From NCBI GenBank assembly GCA_035289425.1, contig DATDXC010000038.1, positions 732 to 64,731 on the forward strand: DNA of 64,000 bases, written 5' to 3'. Below are positions 35,696 through 46,268 of this stretch, one piece after another. The stretch is from Candidatus Nanoarchaeia archaeon. GTDB taxonomy: Archaea > Nanobdellota > Nanobdellia > Woesearchaeales > DATDXC01. Numbering within the stretch: position 1 is the stretch's first letter; each line of letters opens with the position of its first letter. The notes beneath the pieces were generated by a model. The model saw only the letters and a program-made list of their open reading frames with translations. It did not search any database and was not told the origin of the DNA. The position numbers and the translations under genes were made by a program.

Positions 35696-36061
35696 GTGGA
35701 TCTCTATATAAAACCAATGTCGTTCGAGCAATTTTCTAGGCTTTATGAAAATCTAACATCACATGGGTATTGGTGTTTAAATGCAGAGGACCCTAAGGAG
35801 GTTTTTTCTTACTTTATTACTAAAATAGCTGTTAGATTTGCAAAAAAAGGTAGAGCTATCCCAAATTTTGAAGTTAAGTTCCCCAAAAAACCTCTTGATG
35901 AGGCATCCTTTCGGGATACCATCACTGTTACAGTTGGCGGTCACAAGCTTATCATTTCTTCCTTAGGGGGGCAGGTAGCATTCAAGAGGTATTATTTAGG
36001 GTCTGATAAAGAATGGTCCTCTCAACAGAAGGACTTCATCGATTCTTTGGTAAAAAATTAG
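35696..36061 (+). CDS. hypothetical protein
   Basis: 121-aa ORF with a TATA-like box (CTCTATATAAAACC) immediately upstream. No recognisable motifs. Confidence 0.35.
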   Translation: MDLYIKPMSFEQFSRLYENLTSHGYWCLNAEDPKEVFSYFITKIAVRFAKKGRAIPNFEVKFPKKPLDEASFRDTITVTVGGHKLIISSLGGQVAFKRYYLGSDKEWSSQQKDFIDSLVKN

Positions 36062-36098
36062 ACAAATCTTTATAAACAATAAAGCATTTTTCTCAGCC

Positions 36099-37361
36099 AT
36101 GATTACCTGCAATGTTGGATTAATCGGACTCGGAACAATCGGTTCAGGGGTAGTTAAGATACTTCAGAAGAATGCAGATTTGTTAGGTAAGCGGACTGGA
36201 GTCAAAGTAGTTCTAAAGAAAGCATGTGATCTTAGGGTAGAAGAAGGCAAGAAACTGGGTCTCAGGGACGAGCAACTAACCAATAATTTTGATGATTTGG
36301 TAAATGATCCGGATATTCATGTCATTATCGAACTTATAGGCGGTTACAGTCCCGCAAAGGAATTTATTCTCAAAGCGCTGCAGCACCAGAAGCATGTAGT
36401 TACTGCAAACAAGGCGGTTATAGCAAAATATGGGAAGGAGATATTTGCCGAAGCGCAAAGGAATAATGTAGAGATTGCTTTCGAGGCTGCGGTGGGCGGC
36501 TGCATCCCCATCATCAAGACCATCAGGGAGAGCTATGCTGCCGACACTATCCAAAGTATTTATGGGATCTTAAATGGAACCACTAATTATATCCTTACTC
36601 AAATGGGAGAGGGCAAGAATTATGCTGATGCGCTTAAGGCTGCGCAGAAACTCGGTTTTGCTGAAGCTGACCCCAGTTTTGATGTTGAAGGCAAGGACGC
36701 GGCACAGAAATTGATCATCCTTGCACGCCTCGCATTCAACGCAGATATAAGCGAAGACATATTAACCGAGGGTATTACGCATATAACAAAACAGGATCTT
36801 AAGAATGCGCAGGATTTGGGATACTGCATTAAGTTATTGGGCATAACCAAAAAAGAGAATAATTCAATTGAGATACGAGTTCATCCTACGATGATACCGG
36901 TGCATCATGAGCTGGCATCTGTCCGGGATGAGCTTAATGCAATCTACTTGATCTCAGAGAACACGACCAAATCAATGCTCTATGGAAAGGGAGCAGGACA
37001 GCTGCCAACTGCTACGGTAGTCATCGGGGATGTTGTTGACATTGCCAAAGGGAAGAAGGAGGTCTTATATCAAGAAAAAGTTCCTATTAAGGACCTCAGC
37101 ACCATCCAGTCTCGCTATTATTTGAGGTTCACTGTTGTTGACAGACCGGGTGTGCTTGCCCAGCTTTCCAAGATATTGGGAGACAACCGCATCAGCATTT
37201 CTGGGGTGCAGCAGAAGGAAGTAGACAAGGCAACTGTTCCGGTAGTCATAATCACCCACCAAGCTGTCGAAGCAGACATCAAGAAAGGCATTCAGGAAAT
37301 CGATGCTTTGGAGATTGTCAAGGAGAAGACTGCAGTAATCAGGATTGAAGATATTCAATGA
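36099..37361 (+). CDS. hom: homoserine dehydrogenase
   Basis: NAD-binding VGLIGLGTIGSGVV. Catalytic domain. C-terminal ACT domain (YYLRFTVVDRPGVLAQLSKILGD). Confidence 0.85.
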   Translation: MITCNVGLIGLGTIGSGVVKILQKNADLLGKRTGVKVVLKKACDLRVEEGKKLGLRDEQLTNNFDDLVNDPDIHVIIELIGGYSPAKEFILKALQHQKHVVTANKAVIAKYGKEIFAEAQRNNVEIAFEAAVGGCIPIIKTIRESYAADTIQSIYGILNGTTNYILTQMGEGKNYADALKAAQKLGFAEADPSFDVEGKDAAQKLIILARLAFNADISEDILTEGITHITKQDLKNAQDLGYCIKLLGITKKENNSIEIRVHPTMIPVHHELASVRDELNAIYLISENTTKSMLYGKGAGQLPTATVVIGDVVDIAKGKKEVLYQEKVPIKDLSTIQSRYYLRFTVVDRPGVLAQLSKILGDNRISISGVQQKEVDKATVPVVIITHQAVEADIKKGIQEIDALEIVKEKTAVIRIEDIQ

Positions 37362-37391
37362 ACTAGTCCCTTTCTCTTAACAAACTCAGAT

Positions 37392-38717
37392 TCATTTTCC
37401 GAAGAATTCATCATGCAATATATTTATGACCTTTTCACGTTGCGCTTCACTGACGATGAAACTGATGTTTATCTCAGAAGCTCCCTGTGATATCATCTCT
37501 ATGCTGATGCCGTTCTTTCCTATAGTGGAAAATATCTTTCCGGCGATGCCGGCAGTATGTTTCATGCCTTCCCCGACTAGGCAGATGAGCGCTTTACCGT
37601 TTGAAACTTTCACATCTGCAAATTTTGAACATTCCTTGATGATCTTGTCCAGATCTTTTTCCTGATTCACAGTCAGGGAAACCGATACCTCCGAGGTGGA
37701 TATCATGTCAACGCTCTTTCGGTATTTCGCAAACACTTCAAACAGCTTGGCTAGGAAACCATGCGCTTCAAGCATCCGCAGGGAGTTTACTGTTACCAAG
37801 ATTATATCCTTCTTGCAGGCAATGGCTTTTACTGCTCCTTTTGTCTGGGTCGCTTCTTTAACTACGGTGGTACCTTTATTATCCGGCTCGTAGGTGTTTA
37901 ATACCTTAACCGGGATGTTCTTTTCCACTGCCGGAAGTATGGTCTTTGGGTGAAGCACCTTTGCTCCGAAAAAGGCCAGTTCCGATGCTTCATTGAAACT
38001 TATCTCTGGAATGGTCCTGGCATGGGGGACAATACGGGGATCAGTTGTCATGACACCATTTACATCGGTCCATATTTGGATCTCATCAGCATCTACTGCT
38101 GCGCCGATTATGGCTGCAGTATAATCAGAGCCCCCTCTTCCAAGGGTAGTTATTGTACCTGCCTTATTCTTGGCAATGAATCCAGTAATGATCGGCACTG
38201 ACCTTTTCCCTTCCAATCTTTTTTTTATCAGCGGATATGCTTCTTCCAAAGGTTCTGCATTGCCATGGTCATCATTGGTTATCAAGCCAATGTCGTATGC
38301 GTCGTATGCTTCTGCTTTTATACCTAGCTTGTTAAAGGCAGCAGCTACAATCCGCGCAGACATCCGCTCTCCAAAACTCTGGATCTGGTCCATAAGTGCT
38401 GGAGTTATCTCCTTGATTTTCCCAATTTCTTCAACTATTGCAGAATATTCCTGTAGAAGCGCATCAACCATGGATACATCCAGCTTCAAATCGTTCAAGG
38501 TCGAATGGTGCCTTTCTGCAATCTCCTTCAGATTTTTTCTGAATTCTTTTCCTTCTCTGGCTGCATTTGCCGTATCAATCAATAAATCAGTAATGCCGCC
38601 AAGGGCCGATACTACTATAATCGGCTTCTGAGAAAGCCTTGATTTCACAATGGAAGCTACGTTAGAAATCCGCTCAGCATTTTTGACTGAGCTCCCGCCA
38701 AACTTCATCACTATCAT
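37392..38717 (-). CDS. lysC: aspartate kinase
   Basis: MIVMKFGGSSV amino-acid-kinase N-terminus. Two C-terminal ACT domains. 441 aa. Confidence 0.9.
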   Translation of the reverse strand: MIVMKFGGSSVKNAERISNVASIVKSRLSQKPIIVVSALGGITDLLIDTANAAREGKEFRKNLKEIAERHHSTLNDLKLDVSMVDALLQEYSAIVEEIGKIKEITPALMDQIQSFGERMSARIVAAAFNKLGIKAEAYDAYDIGLITNDDHGNAEPLEEAYPLIKKRLEGKRSVPIITGFIAKNKAGTITTLGRGGSDYTAAIIGAAVDADEIQIWTDVNGVMTTDPRIVPHARTIPEISFNEASELAFFGAKVLHPKTILPAVEKNIPVKVLNTYEPDNKGTTVVKEATQTKGAVKAIACKKDIILVTVNSLRMLEAHGFLAKLFEVFAKYRKSVDMISTSEVSVSLTVNQEKDLDKIIKECSKFADVKVSNGKALICLVGEGMKHTAGIAGKIFSTIGKNGISIEMISQGASEINISFIVSEAQREKVINILHDEFFGK

Positions 38718-38772
38718 TTTACGCTTTGTAGAGGGGAGCCATTTAAAAACATATTGTTATGGGGGTAACAAA

Positions 38773-39111
38773 TCAGAAACCATCGAAGCCAATCTTCCTC
38801 AATCCGTCTTTTATTTTATCGATAATCGTTTGTTGATCCTTCTTGCTGGACATATTGACACATTTTATTATCAATTCCTGTAGTTCATCATTTTGTAAGA
38901 ATTTGACCTTAAACCCATCGGTTATGAAATAGAATCGGCAATTCTTATATCTTATCTCTTTTATGATAACACCGCCCACGGATCCGATCTCTTTGCCTTT
39001 TTTTGGATTCTCTTCCAGAGTTAATAGCAATTTGAGAACCTCTACTGACTCTCCCCTGAAGACCTTGTTAATCTTTTCCTCCAGGGCGGAGGTTATAATT
39101 ACTTTTGCCAT
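38773..39111 (-). CDS. RelE/ParE-family toxin-like protein with C-terminal extension
   Basis: ENPKKGKEIGSVGGVIIKEIRYKNCRFYFITDGFKVKFL fits the RelE/ParE core (enP..Gk..g...l.elR.g.yRiiY.id...v.il). Start set at the internal ATG (MAKVII); 13-nt overlap with the upstream small gene. Confidence 0.45.
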   Translation of the reverse strand: MAKVIITSALEEKINKVFRGESVEVLKLLLTLEENPKKGKEIGSVGGVIIKEIRYKNCRFYFITDGFKVKFLQNDELQELIIKCVNMSSKKDQQTIIDKIKDGLRKIGFDGF

Positions 39112-39302
39112 CTCTTTTGGGCTTTCCTGAGCGCATCTCTTATCGGAATACAACCTGTTGTGTCCATGAGCAATTCTTGGATCTGCCTTTGACAGAAACT
39201 GTCATACATCTTTCTTAAGATGTCCGTGTAGGTCTCTCCTTTAGTTCCAAATTCCTTTATTTTATCCCTAATCTCTTTCGAAATTGATATTGTTGTGTTC
39301 AT
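39099..39302 (-). CDS. ribbon-helix-helix-like antitoxin candidate
   Basis: 67 aa. N-terminal beta-strand TISISKEI followed by helix RDKIKEFGTKGETYTDILRKMYD (RHH/CopG-like). Immediately upstream of and overlapping the RelE-like gene. Confidence 0.35.
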   Translation of the reverse strand: MNTTISISKEIRDKIKEFGTKGETYTDILRKMYDSFCQRQIQELLMDTTGCIPIRDALRKAQKRWQK

Positions 39303-39376
39303 TTTTACCTCTTATACCTATTATATCTTATTATAATTACATATAATTCTTATAATCTTTATATATCTTACGTTTT

Positions 39377-40099
39377 TTAGGCATTATTCCAGAGGATATG
39401 GAAAAATTTCTTGTATGATTTTGCTGCCAGTTCTTCTTCGATTAAAAAACCGAATGGCTTGTCTAAATAAATAATTATTCCGACCCTATTGCCGCATATA
39501 ACCGTTTCTGTCAGTTCTTCGAAATATTTTTTTGTAACCCTTATTTCTGTCAATTTCAGCTTTTTTAGCTCGTTGCCCCACCAGGCCAATGATGCGTGAA
39601 AAAGAAGCTTGGCTTTAATCTTTTTATTGATTCTCTTCTTGTGGAATCCTTCCCAGAAATAAGTTCCTAATAATTCATCGCTTTTTTGGGCACCACCATA
39701 ACCAAAATATTCTTTTGAATTTGTTTCTAACATCAAATTTAACAATTCTTTTACCCCTCTTGCCCCCTGAAAAATGATTGCTTTTGGCTTTTCTTTGGCC
39801 AGTACTCTTTTTGCTTCTAATTCTGGCAATATCTTTTCTAATCGCGATTTTTTTTCATCTAAAAAATTTAATAACAATTTTGGTTCAATTGCCTGATATT
39901 GCTTGATTCGGCCTTCCATCACATACGTAATCAGACCCTTATTAGCTAATGAATGGAAGGCTCTATGCACTACTGCATTCTGCAGTCCTGATTTTTCAAC
40001 TACCTTACCTGCTGTTGAGGAGCCTAATTCTAATAACGTTATGAATACTTTTATTTCTGCTCCTGTTAAGCCTATATCTTCCAGTATTGATGTGTCCAT
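39377..40099 (-). CDS. TrmB-family transcriptional regulator (sugar-responsive type)
   Basis: N-terminal wHTH GLTGAEIKVFITLLELGSSTAGKVVEKSGLQNAVVHRAFHSLANKGLI matches the TrmB DNA-binding domain. C-terminal sensor-like domain. Confidence 0.7.
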   Translation of the reverse strand: MDTSILEDIGLTGAEIKVFITLLELGSSTAGKVVEKSGLQNAVVHRAFHSLANKGLITYVMEGRIKQYQAIEPKLLLNFLDEKKSRLEKILPELEAKRVLAKEKPKAIIFQGARGVKELLNLMLETNSKEYFGYGGAQKSDELLGTYFWEGFHKKRINKKIKAKLLFHASLAWWGNELKKLKLTEIRVTKKYFEELTETVICGNRVGIIIYLDKPFGFLIEEELAAKSYKKFFHILWNNA

Positions 40100-40475
40100 A
40101 TAGTATATTTATATGTGTGCATATTTAAATTTTTCTGTTAGTAGTCACAATTGTGGTTATAAATATTAATATAGTTGCATGTTGTTACTGTTTAATAATC
40201 AAAAATGAGGGTCAAAATGAGATATATTCAAAGATACATTGGATGTTGGGCAGGAATTGATGGTTCCCGGAAGGGCGAGGGCAATCCTTTTCCTTTCATA
40301 GTCCATACTGTTCCAGTTAAAAGGGCCAGTTCAATGAGTGATGCTCGTTCTATGGAGGAGATGATCAATGAGGGAGATGTTGATGGTTTAAAATTTGTTT
40401 CATATCAATTTGGCTCCAGTGAAAAAGTTCCATTTTCAAATCTGCATAGAAATTATGCGTACAGGAGATGATAAA

Positions 40476-41111
40476 ATGAAAAATGCATTAAAGAAGATGG
40501 TTATGGGTGCGGTTCTGCTTGGAGCGTTATATGCCAAGCCTTCGCCTGCACAAAAAAATGTCGTGAACCTGGATGCTGGCTACAATGCTTTGGAAGCGTT
40601 GATAACACAGAATAAAGACATACGGACAAGAGCTTGGGTAGATGTCGGATTAAGCGTTTACGATGTAAGGTTAGGGTACCACGGGATGCATGAAGCAGAT
40701 AATCTGGATGATAATACCTACTTTGGGAAACATATGGTAACTTTAGGTAAGAAAGGAGCAGGGACAAGTTTTGTAGGTATAGTAAAAGCCACAAAGGATG
40801 GTTCAATTGACGAGAAAGTTGGACTAAGGAACACCAGTTTGGTAAAATCGATGAGCGGGTACGGGAGAATCGACGCTACAGCAAATGATGATGCAGCAAG
40901 CGTCCTGGTATTTTATGGAAGACCGGTTGGTAAAGGCCTAACAGTCGAACTAACACATGAAGCAACACAACCTTATCATGATAGAATGAGCCATTATACT
41001 GAATTACAATTAAACAAAGATATTACAAAATGGCTTTCAGCTGTTGGAAGAATAGAAATATATGACTTTAAAGACACAAAGGTTATGGCTGGGTTTGCTA
41101 TCCATAAATAA
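40476..41111 (+). CDS. secreted protein with Sec signal peptide, unknown function
   Basis: MKNALKKMVMGAVLLGALYAKPSPAQ is a signal peptide. AGGAG ribosome-binding site 8 nt upstream. The ORF-track start at 40395 lacks a ribosome-binding site and adds a non-signal N-terminus. Confidence 0.45.
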   Translation: MKNALKKMVMGAVLLGALYAKPSPAQKNVVNLDAGYNALEALITQNKDIRTRAWVDVGLSVYDVRLGYHGMHEADNLDDNTYFGKHMVTLGKKGAGTSFVGIVKATKDGSIDEKVGLRNTSLVKSMSGYGRIDATANDDAASVLVFYGRPVGKGLTVELTHEATQPYHDRMSHYTELQLNKDITKWLSAVGRIEIYDFKDTKVMAGFAIHK

Positions 41112-41122
41112 ATTATATCAAA

Positions 41123-41491
41123 ATGAAATGCAAAAAATGTAAGGAAGAGTTTGAAGATGGCGATCTTGTAGCTGTAGGGCTTGCATTAAAAGGAAGGGGA
41201 AGCAAATCTCTTAAACCAGTTAGGCCGGCTAGGGTTTTTCATGATATGCCCTCTGTAGTGAGAATTAACCAAATGATTATCCATACCCGTGGTTTGCCTG
41301 AAGATTGCAGGATGTTAACTTATGGTTATTTTGAACAAGGAATCTATTATCATGGAAATGTATACTCTACATATTCCATAGATAGGCGAAGTGGGGTATT
41401 GGCTGTAGGCTTGAATCCCACTTCTAATGGATTACGGGTTGAAGGAGACATCAGTTATTTGGTTAGCGAGAAACCATTATATAGACCTTGA
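41123..41491 (+). CDS. hypothetical protein with N-terminal CxxC
   Basis: 122-aa ORF starting MKCKKCK. No further recognisable motifs. Confidence 0.3.
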   Translation: MKCKKCKEEFEDGDLVAVGLALKGRGSKSLKPVRPARVFHDMPSVVRINQMIIHTRGLPEDCRMLTYGYFEQGIYYHGNVYSTYSIDRRSGVLAVGLNPTSNGLRVEGDISYLVSEKPLYRP

Positions 41492-41527
41492 TGAATACGC
41501 GGTTGAGTTAGAAAATATTTTTTATTT

Positions 41528-43144
41528 TTATACTTTCTCAAACATCTCAATGACCTTTTCTTTTCCTAATGTCAGGATAAAACCAGCCAGTTTGGGCCCT
41601 TTTTCCTTGTTGATCAGGACTTTGTACCCAGCCTGGAAGAATTCTTTGGCAGAGATGCCAAGCTTTTTGATAATCTCTTCATAAAATGCATTGAATAATT
41701 CATCCTCCTTCCAATCTTTTTGCTTAAGGATGTCCACTACCTTATGCAGAGCTTCTTTCTGCAGTTCAGTAAGCTGTAAGTCTGGTGGCACATCAGTCTG
41801 AATGACAATCTTGTCATTTTCTGATCCATATTTCTCAACCCATACTTTCGCTTTCTGGATCCTTTCCATTATCTCTGCATGCAAATCTCTGTTGTAATGG
41901 CCTGTTTTCTTCAGGCTTTTTACCCTATCTGCTTCTTCTGAAAAAACCTGGGCTAGAAGTGTCGCATGCGAAAGCGTGATAGGGACTGGCTTATCTTTGT
42001 TTGGAACTGATATCTCATATAATCTTTTCATATGCTTCAGTTCTTTTTCATTCTCTATTGTTTCGATTCCATGAAATATCCTTGCATGCGCATCAAAATC
42101 ATCGTATAGCTTAGAAAGCTCTGTCCAGGAGAAACTCCGGGTCATCATCAGCCTTTTGTTGTAGAAGAATCTCAAGAGCTCTGGAGAGGCAACTTCCAGC
42201 CATTCATGGGGGTATACCACATTACCCAAGGATGCAGACATCTTCTTGTTGTCTATCATGATGTGTTCATAAAATATCGGTTCAGGCGCCGGATACTTCA
42301 GTATCTTTTCAACAATCTCGGCATTTATCCAGAAAGCTGATCCAGGGACCTGGTATTCCTTGCCTGCGCCTTCTGCCACAATGCCCCAATGCTTCCAACC
42401 AAGGGCCCATTCTGATTTCCACATAAGCTTTCCATTGCCTTTCAAAGGATCATTTTCCCCCCTATGTTCGCAGCCCTTTGCGGTGCTGGTCTCAAAATTA
42501 TAATCCTTGCAGGTGTAGAGCACTTTTCCACCCACCATGTCTGTTACTTGCGTAGTGGCAATCTTGCCGCAATTATCGCATATGGGCTTCCAGGGGAACC
42601 ATGTCTGCAATTTCTCTTCTCTGTATTTATCCTGGATCTTGATGATGAAATCTTTGTGTTCAATTATCGCCTTAATCTCATTTTTCAGGGAACCCTTCTT
42701 GTATTCCTCCCTCATTGAGAATTTTTCCATCTTTGCCGGCACAAACTGGTCAACAACCTCAAAGTATTTTGCCTTAAAATGCTCGGCATAACTCTTATGG
42801 CAGTCATCTGGATCTGGCACATCAGTTACCGGCATCCCTAAATACTTTTCAAATGAGTGATGGATTCCCTTAGGCACTTTCCTGAATGGGTCCATATCTT
42901 CTGCGACCCAAATCAGTTTAGATTTCACACCAGCATCCTGCAATGCCTGAAATACCGAAGAACCCCTGATGGTATCAGACAGCCTGCCTATATGGAGAAC
43001 CCCTGAGAGGGATGCCGATGTTTTTACCGTGAAAAGCTTTGGCTTCGCTATTTTGTCATCGGTATAGTAAAATTTATCTCTATTGATTATCTTATTCGCC
43101 AGCTGGTCTGCCCAGAACAGGTCTTCTGATTTGTTCTCTTCCAT
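41528..43144 (-). CDS. lysK: lysine--tRNA ligase, class I (archaeal type)
   Basis: HIGH-like SGVLHIGRLSDTIRG. KMSKS variant KMSASLGN. Rossmann catalytic domain plus C-terminal anticodon-binding region. 538 aa. Confidence 0.85.
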   Translation of the reverse strand: MEENKSEDLFWADQLANKIINRDKFYYTDDKIAKPKLFTVKTSASLSGVLHIGRLSDTIRGSSVFQALQDAGVKSKLIWVAEDMDPFRKVPKGIHHSFEKYLGMPVTDVPDPDDCHKSYAEHFKAKYFEVVDQFVPAKMEKFSMREEYKKGSLKNEIKAIIEHKDFIIKIQDKYREEKLQTWFPWKPICDNCGKIATTQVTDMVGGKVLYTCKDYNFETSTAKGCEHRGENDPLKGNGKLMWKSEWALGWKHWGIVAEGAGKEYQVPGSAFWINAEIVEKILKYPAPEPIFYEHIMIDNKKMSASLGNVVYPHEWLEVASPELLRFFYNKRLMMTRSFSWTELSKLYDDFDAHARIFHGIETIENEKELKHMKRLYEISVPNKDKPVPITLSHATLLAQVFSEEADRVKSLKKTGHYNRDLHAEIMERIQKAKVWVEKYGSENDKIVIQTDVPPDLQLTELQKEALHKVVDILKQKDWKEDELFNAFYEEIIKKLGISAKEFFQAGYKVLINKEKGPKLAGFILTLGKEKVIEMFEKV

Positions 43145-43256
43145 CGGCCCTCTATGGTCTGGGTCGTTATATAAAGATTTCTAATAAATTTAGATGATAC
43201 GACTGAGCCAATAATCTTATAAAACATACCCCCTTCTTTTAGTCTGGGGGAATGAA

Positions 43257-44270
43257 ATGCTCATTGGAGATCATTTAAGTGAGATTACTGGATTGGAGGA
43301 CGTCGTAGATGGCACTCGCGTTATTTCAAGGGAGTCTGTTGGATTCATACCTGTAGGAGAGTTCTTTTTTTGGTTATTGCGAAATCGCGCACCTAATTTG
43401 AGAGTCAATGCGGTAGAACGAACGTTTAGGAGGAGAATACGGAGAGCCTATGATGCCGCATCGCATCTGGTTGAACATCCCCAATATGACCATCAGCGGT
43501 GCTCTTCCGCATCCGTTCTTGCCCATTTGCATCTTTATTTACCTGCAGCAGATTGGGAATCTATTTTACCAGAAGGCAAGAAATCATTGGATTCAGCTAT
43601 CAGATATCTCGAGATGGATCCCGATGCCAAATTGGATCTTTTGGCAACATTTGACCCTAGATTGAGGGACCATTTTAGTGCTGGGCAAAGGGAAAATATA
43701 TTGTTACAAAAAGGAAGGGTACTGTATGAATTAGGCAGATTTGACGAAGCTCAACCTGTCCTCATAGAATTTAGAAATCATGTTCTAAATCATCTTGATG
43801 CAGGAATGATGTTATTTGACATTGCATTAAAGAGATATGTTGCTACTGCACAATCGGAAGAGTATGCTGATTCTGTTGCTCAGCAATTAGCGGAATCCGC
43901 TGTTTTTGAAGCGGGGGTAACTGCTAAGCTATTGCCACGATATAACACTAAAAACCCGGTTGACCTTATTTACTCAGCACTCCAGAATCATATAGCCAGG
44001 TGTGAGAAAAAAAAATCCTACCAATCCGCTTTGGATTTGACGATTCTTGCTCAGAGGCTGCCTCTTAGTGCAACAGCGGCAATTGAAAATAAAGTTATGA
44101 TGGCGCTTTTGCATGAAAAAATGGGCCATCATCAGGATTTTGTAGAACTGTGTGCAAGAACTGCAGATCAATATCCAGTAGCTGGGATGAAAATTGCTGA
44201 ACTTTTAGAGATTCATGGCGAACATAATTTAGCACTAAAGTACTATCCAGGTATCCAGCACCGACGATAA
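43257..44270 (+). CDS. hypothetical helical (TPR-like) protein
   Basis: 337-aa ORF, Arg/Leu/Ala-rich. No catalytic motifs recognised. Confidence 0.35.
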   Translation: MLIGDHLSEITGLEDVVDGTRVISRESVGFIPVGEFFFWLLRNRAPNLRVNAVERTFRRRIRRAYDAASHLVEHPQYDHQRCSSASVLAHLHLYLPAADWESILPEGKKSLDSAIRYLEMDPDAKLDLLATFDPRLRDHFSAGQRENILLQKGRVLYELGRFDEAQPVLIEFRNHVLNHLDAGMMLFDIALKRYVATAQSEEYADSVAQQLAESAVFEAGVTAKLLPRYNTKNPVDLIYSALQNHIARCEKKKSYQSALDLTILAQRLPLSATAAIENKVMMALLHEKMGHHQDFVELCARTADQYPVAGMKIAELLEIHGEHNLALKYYPGIQHRR

Positions 44271-44519
44271 TCTAATTCCCTAATCCGACGATAACCTTTG
44301 AACTTTCAATACCTAAAAGACAAGCCCAATCATATTTCCCGTTTTCAATTTATTAGCCTATCTTAATATACAAATTTGTACACTAGTTTACCAAAAACGT
44401 AACATTTAAATATAAGTTACTGCATGAAATAGCCTTCCGATAGAAACTAAAGAAAGTGTCTATGGTGAGGCAACTATCTCTTGCGAATATAGTGACCTCA
44501 GAAACTAAGAGGTGAAAAC

Positions 44520-45539
44520 ATGCAATTCAACGAATCAGACCAGATCGGTCACGCGAACATAAAGGTGATTGGGGTAGGAGGTTCCGGCAATAATATGGTC
44601 AGCTGGCTCTATAAGAAGGGAATCAAAGGAGCTGAGATCATAGCCTGTAATACTGATCAACAGCATCTGGACATAACAGAAGCTGATACTAAATTCCTCA
44701 TCGGCAGAAGCCTTACTAGAGGACTAGGATGCGGGGGCTTCCCTGCAAAGGGTTCAGAGGCAGCCAGAGAGACTGCAAGCGAGATCAAAGAAGTCCTTAG
44801 AGGGTCAGACATGGTCTTTGTATGCGCTGGAATGGGCGGCGGCACAGGAACAGGCGCTGCACCGGTTGTAGCTCAGATTGCTCGTGAACATGGAGCAATA
44901 GTCATATCAACAGTTACCATGCCATTCAAGATAGAGCGGGCAAGAGTCGATCGCGCAGAATTTGGATTGCAGCAGCTTCGCCAGGTTTCTGATACAGTCA
45001 TTGTCATAGATAATAACCGATTGGTCAACATAGCAGGAAATCTGCCAGTACAGCAGGCTTTTGCTGTGGCAAATGAGCTTATTGCAACCATGATCAGAGG
45101 CATTGTAGAAACTATTTCAGTGCCCAGCTTGGTCAACCTCGATTTTGCTGATGTCAGAGCCATAATGAAAGGAGGAGGCGTAGCTGCCATTGGTGTGGGC
45201 GTTTCAGATACTGCTAACAGAGTCCAGGAAGCTGCAAAGGGAGCATTGTCAAATCCGCTTCTGGACATAAGCTACAAAGGAGCAGAAGGAGCCCTCATCC
45301 ACATAGAAGGGGGCCCTGACATGACGCTTGATGAGGTCGCTGGAATAGGTGAATTGGTCACTGAGACAATGGACCCTGATGCAAACGTCATCTGGGGAGC
45401 CCGCGTAAACGACAGCATGAGAGGAAAAATCTGCGTCATGACTATCATAACTGGAGTAAAGTCTCCATGGATCCTGGGCAAACAACAGAGTTCAGTGAGG
45501 AACACTGTAAGCCCTGAACTGGGCATAGACCTGGTATAG
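44520..45539 (+). CDS. ftsZ: cell division GTPase FtsZ
   Basis: [10 protein letters not shown] (GGGTG[ST]G-type tubulin signature). NTDQQHL. GTPase and C-terminal domains. GAGGTGA ribosome-binding site. Confidence 0.9.
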   Translation: MQFNESDQIGHANIKVIGVGGSGNNMVSWLYKKGIKGAEIIACNTDQQHLDITEADTKFLIGRSLTRGLGCGGFPAKGSEAARETASEIKEVLRGSDMVFVCAGMGGGTGTGAAPVVAQIAREHGAIVISTVTMPFKIERARVDRAEFGLQQLRQVSDTVIVIDNNRLVNIAGNLPVQQAFAVANELIATMIRGIVETISVPSLVNLDFADVRAIMKGGGVAAIGVGVSDTANRVQEAAKGALSNPLLDISYKGAEGALIHIEGGPDMTLDEVAGIGELVTETMDPDANVIWGARVNDSMRGKICVMTIITGVKSPWILGKQQSSVRNTVSPELGIDLV

Positions 45540-45547
45540 GTGAGATT

Positions 45548-46264
45548 ATGGATATCGTACAAAAGATGGTCAACAACATCGTTGAGAATGAGTTAACGCC
45601 ACCCAAGCAGGACCTCAATAAATTCCAGAAGATAGTCCCTTCACTCATGAAGAAAGGCCTGGCAAATCTTGACCTGTCCATGTTCAGCCCCGAGATAAAG
45701 CATGCCTTGCTTATAGTTTTGGGAGAGGAATATGAGCGTAAAGGAAACCTCAATGATGCGGTTAAATCATTTGTACTTGCCGGCGCCAAAGACAAGCTGC
45801 GCCAGGTTGGAAATGACTATGAATCAATTGCGCAGTATGAAAACTGCATTGAGGTCTATCGGCTGGGAGAGGATCATGATTCCTTGCTTCGCCTGGGCAA
45901 AAAGATGCTTGAGGAAGGACGAATCGGCCATGCAATCAAGTCTTTCATTGCGATAGGAGATGTAGCTCGGTTGAAGGAGATTGGTGACCAGTGCGTCAGC
46001 AAGTTCAAATTCGACTATGCATTTGAGATCTTTTCGAGCATAAAGGACAAGGAACGATTCATTGAGCTTGGAAGCAAATGCATAGAACAAAAGGAGTATG
46101 CGTATGCCCTCAAAGCATTTGAGCTGGCAGCCTCGCCGGAACACCTGAATCAGTTAGGGGATACCTGCTTACGAGAGGAACAAATCTCCAAAGCGCTTGA
46201 AGCATACAGCCTCGCAGGAAACACAATGATGTCAGACTTCATCAAACAAAATTTTTCGGAGTGA
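45548..46264 (+). CDS. repeat protein (approx. 33-aa A-x-K-x-F...G repeats), co-transcribed with ftsZ
   Basis: At least three tandem units (AVKSFVLAGAKDKLRQVGNDYESIAQY / AIKSFIAIGDVARLKEIGDQCVSKFKF / ALKAFELAASPEHLNQLGDTCLREEQI). Starts 9 nt after the ftsZ stop. Confidence 0.45.
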   Translation: MDIVQKMVNNIVENELTPPKQDLNKFQKIVPSLMKKGLANLDLSMFSPEIKHALLIVLGEEYERKGNLNDAVKSFVLAGAKDKLRQVGNDYESIAQYENCIEVYRLGEDHDSLLRLGKKMLEEGRIGHAIKSFIAIGDVARLKEIGDQCVSKFKFDYAFEIFSSIKDKERFIELGSKCIEQKEYAYALKAFELAASPEHLNQLGDTCLREEQISKALEAYSLAGNTMMSDFIKQNFSE

Positions 46265-46268
46265 GACT

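Noticed and set aside
40205-40471. 88-aa ORF in the TrmB upstream region
   Set aside because: Overlaps the promoter/ribosome-binding region of the secreted-protein gene at 40476 and has no recognisable features. Possibly a real small protein, but there is insufficient support.
43145-43256. CCCCC-N12-GGGGG hairpin in the lysK divergent promoter region considered as a T-box/riboswitch-like element
   Set aside because: Only a short GC stem with no further conserved structure. Archaeal lysK is not known to carry such leaders. Noted but not called.
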